DNA of 64,000 nt from Laetmonice hystrix (taxonomy: Eukaryota), in contig OZ249452.1 of NCBI GenBank assembly GCA_965235115.1, positions 12,710,001-12,774,000 on the forward strand, written 5' to 3'. The position numbers and the translations under genes were made by a program. Position 1 is the stretch's first letter. Every line of letters begins with the position of its first letter. A model generated the notes under the pieces. The model was given only the letters and a program-made list of their open reading frames with translations, made no database searches and was not told where the DNA came from. This document shows positions 51,501 through 63,500 of this stretch, one piece after another.

Positions 51501-54500
51501 CAAAATACCACACAACTTTAGGTGGGGGCGTGCCAGCGACACGACACACGAAACGGGCAGGCTCACCTTCCCGAACATGTACGTCCTGTGGGGCCTCCAA
51601 GAAGATGGCTGATCCCTGAAACAGTTCACAACGATTCTGAAGTCTCCTCTCACTGGCCAACAAAGATCCTTTACTCATAAGGGGTTCACACACTCGCTAA
51701 AGGGCACAGGCTTATATAGACAAGAGGGATTACAGTTGCCATACTGAAGTAAGAAAAGGTCCAGGAGTTACAGCAGGTTTTAAAAGGCTACTTGGTCTGT
51801 ACGACTACGGACAAGGATTTGCCAATCAAAACTAAGAAATGCACAAAGCAAAATAATAGTAAATGTATCAGGTTAAAAAAGAGTGTATAACTCTTCCTTC
51901 AAATAATGACCACACAAAGTAACATGTTAGAATCTGATTTCGTAATTTGTGCCAGGTTACAACATGCAGACAAAACAAACCTCTTCCACTCGGGATATTC
52001 GACGCAGGTCTTGTGGTCCTGAACGCCTTGCCCTAGCACTCGGCTCATGCTTAGCCTCACTTTCATTTTCACTATCACCTGCGTCTCTGTCAGCCTCGCT
52101 CTGGTCTGCAGCCTCACTTTCAGATTTAGCCACGTTTTCGGCATCAATGTCTCCTTTAGTTTCACCATTACTGTGACGTTCCAAACCAGAGTCTTCAACT
52201 GCGGCTTTGTCCAGTTGAGACTCCTCAACTAAACTCTGCTTGAATAAATCCGGGTCGTTTTCAATCTCGACTGAAGATTTTGTTTTTATTTCAAAGAATC
52301 TTTGTGAAACAGATAAATCTTGGGACGCCATCGTGTGATCAGGTGGAGAATTAACCTGTTGTAAATCTGCCCCGTGATCGGAGTCACTTTCTGAAAACGC
52401 CCAAACTTTTGTTTTTACTTTAGCATCTCCATCACCAGATGTAGGACTTTCAGAGTATGTCCGTAGTTGAGCAAGTTTGACCTGCAGAGGTTCTGACTCT
52501 ACAGGAATCAACACAGCATGCAATGGCTCAGGTTCAGGCGGGTAGTTCTCATCGTGGCCGCCAGGCGGAGCCTCTGCGTGACCATTTGGTGTCGGAGCAG
52601 ACAATTCACTAAAACTAGCGGCATGCAGCGTCTCATGCTCCGGGCTTACCTCTACCGTCTCTGTAGTCATTTGTCTATAATGGGAAAATGCAAAGGTTTC
52701 GTCAAACAAATAATATACAGCTACTTTAGACATATTATAAGAAATCTTTTAGCGTACCAGTACTTCCTTTACAATAAGAAAAGTGTTTCTACGAAATTTC
52801 TTCTTATCATTTTTAGAGCTACTCAATTCATGTCAGTAGACTATTTGAACCCATGACATTCCGGGTCAATTATTATGTATGGTTACAATCAAGTTCAGTG
52901 TTAGAAGCATCTTCTACTGTGCGTAAGTTTAGTATTAGATGAACACGAAGCAGTAACAAGTGGTCACCCCCACCCCTGAGTACTCAAAGGTTGATATGAT
53001 AATCCAAACTCTTTAAAATGGCAAAGAGCTGAATACTTTATATATCAGATTCATATATTATGGAGATATAAAACATCCAGAAATTGTTCTTTGGTTTTGG
53101 TTTTCAATTTTTTTTCATTCCTGTTCTTTTCCAAGGAGCTTACTTTACTTCAGATGCATCTCGCTTCTTGAGTATGCTTCGGAAGTCCTTTTGTACTGGT
53201 CCAGGATGTTGGACAGGTCCAGTGTTACTCCTGCCGGAATTAGTAAAATAAGTCACAGCAAAAACACGACATGCTCCACACAACCATAACCCCAACACGG
53301 GTGAAAAGTACAAAAACATATCAAAATCAATACAAACACCCAAAGGGTTATGAGTACTTTATTATTATTTCTACATCACTACCAAAGCCAGATGAAACAA
53401 AGTTTCTTAGGAGCGATTAGAAAACGAAAGCATAAGTATTATGATCAGTTTAAAAGCAAACCAAAGGCAGAAGTATTATGATCAGTTAGCTAAAAGTAAG
53501 TTCACTGATTTTATACATCTATGTACACGTGAAATCCTGGGAACAGTATAAATACTTGGCATGTCGTCCTCTGACTCCTTTTTTTTCTCTCTCCTACGTA
53601 CCCCTTATCAGATTACGAATACGGTTTTTGATTAATCTTAAGGCGTTACTCGAATTTAATAGCCGGCAGCACCTAAAGTTAATCTCCCGTTTCTCCTGCC
53701 TAGAAAACAGCAGTACTTACTTGTCGGCTGATTTTAGTACGTTTCTGAAGTCAACCTGTTCAGTTCTATCAGGTCTCGGTGCGGCCTTTCTCCTGCCATG
53801 AAAACAGGGCTTAACTTTCCATTTCTCATTCTTAAAGAGTTAACTAACCCCGCAATTAACAGTGATGTATCTGTAGGCAAAGTTCTAACCTTCTTTTCAT
53901 CACCACCAAATCTGTTTTGTAAAATCGGGCAGCTATCAAGTCCTAACCAGTTCTTAAAGATGACCAGTTCATAAGGATCTATTTTGCTTGAGGTTCTACA
54001 TTAAAGTGTTGTGTGTAGTTTACATAATAATATTTGGTATGGATCAGTACAGTTAATACTATAAACTACACCCTGAGAACAACACTCAAACAACAAGTAA
54101 TGTGCCATGCTTAAAACTAGATATCAAAGTGCGAACAGCGGCGTGGTCACGTGGCATGCATAAACAGATTCCCGGGCCACAATCGGAGACGTTTCCGAGA
54201 AGATTGTACATCTTCAGGGAAAACTCTTAAGTTATAAGAGAAGCTCAAAATGAAAGTAACTCACGGAACAGTCTGCATATTATACATGCCGTACAAACAA
54301 ACTTACATTTCTGTTGTCGACGTCAACGTCTCTCTCAGGTCCTGTTTGGTTTCAGTGACACCTGGTGACGAGGATTAGAACCAGTATATAAGTACAAGCA
54401 AGAATGCCTCTATGAGTTTAATGCCCATAATACCTCAAGATTTACAACTTTTTCTCCTAAACCTTTTTAGCCCAGTTATGCAAATCTAATACTGAGCTAG

Positions 54501-57500
54501 CTTAATAAAATTGAGGAAAATATCCCCAAAATTTGGAAACGATTAAAATCAACTCTACAATTGCCAATAATTATAAGAAATATTTAATACAGTCGAAAAT
54601 TCTAAGATTCACCACAAACGACCAAAATGCTTCTTTCAGACAAACCCTTTGATAAAGCTGAAGTTTTAGGGTTTCATTGTATGAATCAAAACAGGTAGCA
54701 GGATAACCAAATGATTTTCCATAGAAAAAAATCACAGAGAAAATTTGTCAATCTGTTATAGAGACATCCTTTTCCTTAAATTCGAAAGTTCGAAACTGCC
54801 CATGACTGAAATCTCAAAGGTGCAAAATGTATCAACAGAAGTTCCAACAAATAACTCTGACACTTAGAAAAACATGTGTCAGCAGTTTTCTCCATAAAAG
54901 TTCAAATCAAAAATGGTAAAATCGTGAATGACTATGATCAGATAATGGCACTAAAAGACAAAATTATAAGGGCTCTCCTAACAATATATTCACGTGATCA
55001 GTATCAAAACTTACTCAAAAATAAAAAAAGCAACTGGAGGATTTTATATAAGCCTTGCAGAACCATGCTGAAGCTTATGACAACGATTCTGCATTCCTCA
55101 GTTTCTTTCCTTGAGTTCATGACATAAATATTTTAACAAGGGAACATTTCCGTAACATAGGTTTTAGTAGAACAAGTGACGGACCAGACTGGGATTGTGA
55201 GGACAGGACATGCTACTCGTACAAGCACTGGGGGTAGAGCATACGGGGCAGCGAAATAAGACAAAATTAAACCAACCCCCACCTACAAAAATAATAAATT
55301 ACCTTTTAGTCAGTGGCAAATTTATGCATAAATAACCAAAATGGTCAAAAGGATATTCTATCCCCTCCCCCCGTTTCCTTTCATTTGCATACTTCTTATG
55401 AACCACGAAACATGCTTTGCAACCAGTGAAAAGTTGAGTTCCACGAAAACATTTTGAAGATCTTTTTCTTCAAATTGCACCCACTACCTAATTCAAAACC
55501 ATTCTTGATATCAGCACCAAACTGCAACAATAGAAAGAGCACGAAGATTGTCCTTCTTTCGGAAAGACCAAACCTAAATATAGCCTAAAACCTACCATGT
55601 TGTCAAAACGCATGAGCCTAAATGAAAACGACGCCCAATTTCTATGACTTTTTTTCTACAATATCCTGAGATATATGAAGATTTTGAAACTGACACTCTT
55701 TATTATTGATGCAATAAGGTAGCCCGTTCCATTACGACGGAAAAACGCACAATCTAGAGGTACCATTCAAGGTATGTAGTAAAAGAAAAGACTCTTTTTT
55801 TCATTAGATGCAAGTGCTATATAAAACCCGTGCTGCCATCTAAAACAAAGGTGGCATCACCTTTGTAGTTTGCAAAAGATGTGCAATTGATAGAGTGCAA
55901 ATTGGAAGATGACACACCAAATCAATGAAGAGATATCTATACTTCCCTCCTGTTGACCCAGCTACTTGATAACCTTGGCTAAAATAACTTAAATTGGGTT
56001 GCGGGACAGCAAGACATCACTACAAGGAGAGGTCGAGAGGATAGACAAGATTCGGACAGCGCAGCGCAAAAACAAATAAATAAAACAAATAAACAATGTG
56101 AATAATTGTAATATATGCAAGCCTACAATGCCTGCTTCAATATGGAAAATACTGATCTCACGTTCAGTTGGTCCAGAAAGCTTTTATTATAAACACACGA
56201 ATTGTGTCACTGCATAACTTCCTTTAGAATTCAATCTTTTTTCCATCATTATGACCTTACAAAAGCTTCCTTGGTACTTCACTGACTCGAAAAGATCACA
56301 TTTTCCCACTGCAATTTTATTCCTCGCCAATGCGCATAATGAACATAAATAGTGAAATTAATACAAAAAGGTTGCGATGAGTTTTGTTCTCAGCAGTGTT
56401 CATACTGGTTGCTGAACACGTAAACCGCTCTGCTGTAAACAAGGAATCCCTCACTGACACAGCCACAAGTAAATGTGTTTCTGTTACAATCGTAGCTGTA
56501 TCAGTGGGAATGATCAGAAAACAATCAGTATATTAGGGAGAGTAGTGGTTAGTATAGTAGTCAGGAGAGGAGATGACAAGGTTGAGACTGATCAGATGAT
56601 TGGGAGTTTTAACGTCACGTGACTGATGACGTCAGAGGTTACGTCAGAGGATACGTCAGCCATGACTGATACATTGTAACAGTTTCACACCTCCTCAAAA
56701 CAACTGCTCCACTTCAAGTTCACCGGATACATTTATCTGGTATCACCAGACTGCCAATTACCAACGTGTTCGCATGAGAGTTGTTAAACATACATTTATT
56801 TATACATGTCAGAATCTATAGCAAAACAAAGAGTAACCGATTCTTCACTTATGTACCGTGATCATCACACATTGTAAATGTACAGTGTAACATACAATGA
56901 TGACAATGGTTGTATCATACTCACGGTTGACGATCAGGGACACTGACATGGTCAGTTCACCCAAGTCATTACGAGCAACGATTTTGTAGCTGCCGGCGTC
57001 CTGTGGCTCCACCTGGTGGACGGTTAGAACAACATGGTAGGTGGACTCGTCCTCCTGGACGTCGATCTGGTAGCGACCTTCTTGGTTCTCCAGCACAACG
57101 TCATTGTGACTCCAGACAATCTGTGGCAACGGAAAAACATCATTTTGGGGGCTGGGCAGGTTCAACTTAAAATCTTACAAATGGATCATACAGGGAACTT
57201 TTAACCACTGTAAATACAATTAACAAATGGATTTTGTCAAGTCATACCTCCGGTTTGGGACTGCCAAGGATCACTGTGTCAAAGACGACTGTGTCTCCTT
57301 CATTGGCAGTCTGTGCTTTCGGCTTCGACACCACTGATGGCGCTACACCCTCTTCCTTTGGTTCTTCAGGGGCTGCAAGGTAAAATCACAGCTCATATGA
57401 TATGCAATAAAGTGAACACATATAATAGAGATTGTAGTGCATCTCTCAACACCTACCGAGCAAATATATCTCTTATAATGACAACTTTTCACTAAATTAC

Positions 57501-60500
57501 CTCCTGTATATAAGACATATTTTAATAATTGATATTTTGCACAGGTATTAAAATATTCGTCATACATCTTACACAAAGGTATCTCCTGGCGTTTTTCAAT
57601 TTCAAATTTCAGAATTTCGCTATCAATTCATAATCTTAAATAGTAGGACTGCAGAAAACTACTCCTAAAATCTTAACAACGGTTTAATTACAGCATAAAT
57701 ATCTGTGGTTTGAATTGGATTATGAAATATTCTGGGTATAGGGTATGTGACTGGTTAAGTACTGGCATACACAGAGTAAGTCAAGTGTCTATAAATGTAC
57801 CACATCAAAATTAATAATTCTGGTCAATTAGTCAAATAAAAGCCAGTAAAACCATGCAAATGCAGAGCCAATTTGGGAGGTACCTTCAGACTACCAGACA
57901 AGTCATGGTTCACTCACCCTCCAGGACAATAAGTTCAGCTGAACACATTGCCGTTCCTGACAAGTTTTTCGCAACACACGTATACCTTCCTGTGTCCTCT
58001 GGGAAAACTTCTTTAATAATCAGTGAGCATTGGTTGTCGTCATCGTAAAACTGGAGAAAGTCTGGGGATGGCTCGAGCAAAATACTGTCCCGGAACCAGG
58101 CAACATTAGGTTTAGGGTTCCCAGAGATGGAGCATTCAAAACGGGCCAGGTCGCCATCATGCATGTACAGACTCCTCAAGGGTTGCAGGAATTGAGGACC
58201 TTCAGGATGTCCAACGACGTCTTCCTCTATGAAATGATGGCAATTCCAATGCATTTTTTAAATACAAAAGTTATGTTAGTTTCACACAACTCATGCACAT
58301 GCTAAGGTTTTGAGATCTCCCCCAGGAAACGTATATACTTTATAAAGTAACTCACAAATAGTATGTCACCCTGTGACATACGTGTTCTATAATGATCAGC
58401 TCAGAATTTTTGTCACATAAATATAAATGTTAAAATCATGACAATTCCCTACACCTCAAGAAAACGTCCCCTTACTTGTTTCTGCAGGGATGTCTTCAAT
58501 AGCTCGAGTAAGCTGCCTCTCCACCAGTCTGTTGTACTCTTCCTTCTCCTTTAGAAAACTTCCAGGCACCCATCCCTCTTTATTATTGAAAGCTTTCTTT
58601 ACAAGCCACCAATCATCCTGGGAGTCATCTAACACCTCCACTTTCTCTCCTTCATGGAGCGACATGACCTCGTCTGACTCGGGATCATAGGAACTTATCG
58701 CTATGAAACAAAGTCGATCATCCACATTGAAGTCGGAGCCAGCTGCGCTTAGATTGCTCCGGGAGTGTGAAGACCCTTTGTCCATGTCATGGAGTGAGTT
58801 AACAGAAGGTGCTGACACTGATATATTATCTGGTTCATCGACCTGAGGTTCTGCCACAGCGTGTGTGATAATGCTCTCCGTACGATCCAATGTCTTACGG
58901 CTCTCTGTCAGATCAGTGTTGGTGGAGACTTGGGTATGTTGTTCCAGGGATACGTCTCCGCGGTGACTGAGCTCCATCTTGATGGTTTTCACCTCTGTCA
59001 CTTTTGTCTGGAGTGTCACCTCCTCGATGACTTGTGCCTCTTCTGTTTTGTAAATCTTATCGCTCTCAAACTGGATTCCTGCAAGGTGTCCCGGAGAGGT
59101 GGACTCAGTGAAGACCATGTCGGGACGGAGTGTCACCTCAAACGTTGGGTCCATGTAGTTGCCCGGAATGGCGACGACCTGTTGCTCTGCCTGTATGCTG
59201 TACTCTTCCTCACTGTCGTCGGCAAACGACGTTGTCATCTCAGGCATTTCTCGTTCTTCTTCCCTAACAACCATCTGCTTCACCTGCTCAGCCTTGAACT
59301 GGTCACTTTTGATGGTGGGATGGGGAATAACTGTGACACTTGTTGTCTCGAAGACGAAAGGGTCTGATTTACTTATCTTAATCTCTTGGTATCTTTCCTT
59401 GATGAAGGACGGCCTTCCGTCAGCTCCCACCTCCTCATGGATCTCCCGGTAGTGCCTGGAGTTCTCCCTTCTTGGAATCAGCTGAGACATCATCGTGCTA
59501 TCTTCACGGATGTTTTCTGACTCTATGACCTGTACATTGCCTTCCTGTATGGTTTCTCGTGTAATGTTGGCACTACCATTTTGAATGACACTTGTTTCGG
59601 ACTCGGCGACGTCTGTTCCTGTCTGACTGTGGGCCAAATGAAGGCTCTTGTCTTCCTCCTCTTCCTCTGATTCCGTTGATTCGGAGTCTTCAGACTCACT
59701 TCTCCAAACAATGGGGACCTTTTTAACAACCTCTTCCCTCCCCTGTAACGTTTCTGTTGTTTTTCTTGACTCCTGTTTGACTGTCACCTCCATAGTATCT
59801 GCCGTGGAGGAGATGATTTCAATTTCACCCTCTTCCACACCTTCGTCCTCTTCTTCTTCTTCTGGAAGTTTAAGCTGGGGAACTTGGATCTTTCTTTCAA
59901 TCATTGGAACATCCTCTTCCAATACGTCTTCTTTTTCTTCCTCTTCGGAATCTGTTGCCTCATCACTATCAGATTCTAATTCCATCTCGTTTGCTCTCTG
60001 AGTAACTACTGTGGTTTCTGTAGCCTTCATTATGTCTGAGCCTTCCACGAGAACAGAGGTAGTGCTATGCTGTGTAATTTCTGAAGACATTGACTCGAAC
60101 TCCTCACTCTCCTCGTTTGGAAGATTAAGTTTCGGAATCTCTATCTTCCTTTCAACCCTTTCCAATTCTTCCTCCAGGATTTCATCTTCAGATTCTGAGT
60201 CCTCGTCACTCCCCAGTTCATCCTCAATCCCCACCGAACTTTGGATAGATACCTCCATCCCTTTACCTTTCTCTACGTTTTCTCCTGGAAGGCATGCAGG
60301 AAAGTCACACATAACCAAAAATAAAACCATGCTTAATTAATCAAGAGTAATAATAAGGAAAGCATTCAAAGATACATTAAAACCAAAGGTGTTTTAATTC
60401 TTCAAACATCTCCTTGGGAATCAGATTTTACTAGCCTAGGAGTAGTTTCATTTAAAGTTTTTTCGACGTTTTTCTAAAGACGTCTAAAATAAATATTTCT

Positions 60501-63500
60501 ACTCTGAAAATAACGTTGAATGGCCTGTAATCAAGCCACGGGCAGCCCCCAAAGTGAAAAGATTCTTCCAATTGTGCCAATTAAGGGGAGGTAGTCATGT
60601 TTTGCCATTTACCGGTGGCGCTACTGCCGATCGACAAAACACCTTTTCGCTGACAATCCCCCCCCCCCGAATTTCTCTAACCAAAACCTAATTACCCTTA
60701 GGCTATTGTACCCCAACAGAAATGTTTCAAAATGATAATACAATTAATTCAAGTAAGATATTAAAGATCTGGACATGCTCTTCCAAAGGTTGTTCTAAAT
60801 GAGCCATACAGGAAACATATTCATTCAGTAGCACACAGTAAGATCGTCCAAACCGAAGTCTCCCACAGACAGGAGAAGAACATGCTATTAGAGATAGCCT
60901 GAGAGCTATATCCTGGAGCTAACCTACCTTGTATGACCATTGTTTGAACCTGTTCAGTAACGTCTGTCGTCATCTCCGCCGAGTCGACAACATCTTGGGT
61001 GATTCTGACAAGGTAAATGGGGCAGTTTCTGTAGATCCATGGAGTGTTCTTGTTGAAGTACAGTTTCAACCAGACGAGTGCAATCAAGGCCAAAAGGCCA
61101 CACACAAAAAAAATAACCGTGCCAAAAGCTGTTAGCCAAAGTGCATTTTGTGAATTCTATTCCACTTTTAACTGTTTGACAATAAATTGAGAACCTTGGC
61201 AATGCTTCGTTAAATTTATTATTATAGAATACTCGACGGTATCGGAGAACTTCGAGTTGCTAAACTACATCCTATGTGTTCCCTAAGTCTACCAGGTTGG
61301 TAAATACAATCAGTAGATAAATTTAAAAGCAACTTACTGCATCTGAATTTGGGCCTCCTCCACTGAAACAACACAATATGATATAATGAAACGTTTGCCT
61401 ATCTATCCAAGTTTCAAAAGTCTCCCTAAATCTTCAAATTTGAGATGAAATATTGGCCTCTGTTCAGTACTGTATTACGGTTATCTGGCTCGTGTCATAA
61501 GACATCGTTTTTTGTCTATCTTTTTCTTCTGTTTCCGAAAACATAAATAATCTCATTTTTTTAATATATACGTAGGCAGCTGAGTTTCGCAGCTGTTACA
61601 GAATAAAGCAAGCACAAAATGAGTAAGAGAACCAGCAGTATTTACAGAGGCATGTGTAATATTCATTTCCAGGGGAAGCTTGATAAACCAGGACAATGAG
61701 GTCGTATTAAACTTTTTGTTTTAGCTCTCCAGTTTTTTTACGCACATTAAAACGTGATATAAGTGCTTGTAGTGTATTAAAAAGGAATATTTATATGTGA
61801 TAGGGGAGAGCAATGTATTAGACACGTAGTGCAGAGCAGCGCACACATATATTCTAACAATCTAAGTCAGATTCACACTTGATTGCTGAAATGAAGCATG
61901 CTTTGCATAAAAGAGAGAAAACACGTTCGAAACAATAATAAATAATGCACACAGTGTATGTAATAGAACCTAAAGACATGACATGCCACAAATTCATCAC
62001 AACTTGAACACCACAAAAGGTGACAGAAACTCATCAACATGAATAACAAGGCACAAGACATACGAAACGAAAGAGCAAATCACACACAGCAAAATTGTCC
62101 GTCTTTGCAACTGATCGGACTTGGTGGCGAATATCCTGTCCCACACAGGTTATTTACAAATTTCAGTTTCAAATGAGAGATTCAGTTACATCAATTTTGT
62201 ACACTGGCTGAACGTTTTCCCATACACGGTATACTTATTAGATGCGTGGGGAAAGAGAAATATTTCTGGAATTGGAATAGGGAACAGATATTTTGCATGC
62301 TGCCAAGTATGGTTATGCTGAGTAGAATGAAAGCTGCACAAATAAGGAAGGTTAACAGAGATATCATGGATGTTGTAGCAATGGAGAAAATATAAATACG
62401 AAATAAAGATCAACATGAAACATCGCATAAAGGGCCAAAAATCAAGTCCTTGAAAGTCTGATGAGAAAGATAATATTTTATCTGTCACGTAGCTTTCAAG
62501 ACGAAACGGCTTCATTTTTAGCCCGGAATGTAAAAACAAGATCAGAATCTTTCAGACATGAGAATTGACTGGCGAAAAATATCAGCTGTTGACTTATCAA
62601 CGGGTTTCACGGTTAGAAAAAAGCGGTAATCCGCCAATCCGTAGGCAACTCTCATGTCTGATACTGTCTCTATTTATTGCAAATGGCAGAAACTGTAAGA
62701 CAAAAACCAACTGAAAGCGTTGTCAGATGTTTGGTTGCCTTCATTTCTGTGTGAATTTAATACTTTAATAATTTAATCAAATATATTGCAATGACCCGAT
62801 ACTTCGGAAAAGTCTGTTCTTTCTCAACCAAACTATGTACAGCGCTCCAGCGTCATGTGCGAACACGAGCGCAATGAAATGTATTATTGTAAGAAGCAAC
62901 TGAAATGTAAATAGCGCGAAGGATTATGCACAAGTATATGTGAGGGGGGCTGCAAATGGCTGCGTCGCCAACACTTGAGAAGAATTCAAAATGAACATAA
63001 CGTTCATAACATGAACTGGTAAACAATGCTCATGACACATTCCAGCAAATACCAATCAGAATAACAATAACTGACTTTCCAGGCCAATCAGACAATAGCA
63101 TAGATTGTTCAGATTGTTCTGGATTCCTTTTACCAATCACAAAAACAGTCTCTGAAATAAACCATGCTCTCTCAATCTCAGAAACTCTATATTATAAAGA
63201 AATGAATTGATCTAATTCATGCTAAAATAAACAAGTCAGCTGTACGCTGATAAACATCTACAATCTCGTAGTCGCTCTACCAGAAAAACCAACATCAGAT
63301 CCAGTTGTAAATCTAACAAATTTATAGAACGAACAATAAACCATGCTTCCTCCATGCCCATAATGTGTACCTTGCTGGACAGGTGTTTCAGGTGCCTTCT
63401 GAACGATTTCTTCACTTGTTATGGCCTCGTGTGTCATCTTAGTGACCTCCTCTGGTGAAACACCTTCGGTTGTGTAGGTGACAGTTTCTTCTGTTGTTTC

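Noticed and set aside
56406-56432. 27-nt symmetric micro-exon (ERFTCSAT)
   Set aside because: The splice sites are plausible, but it is not needed for frame and the peptide is uninformative, so it cannot be told from chance.
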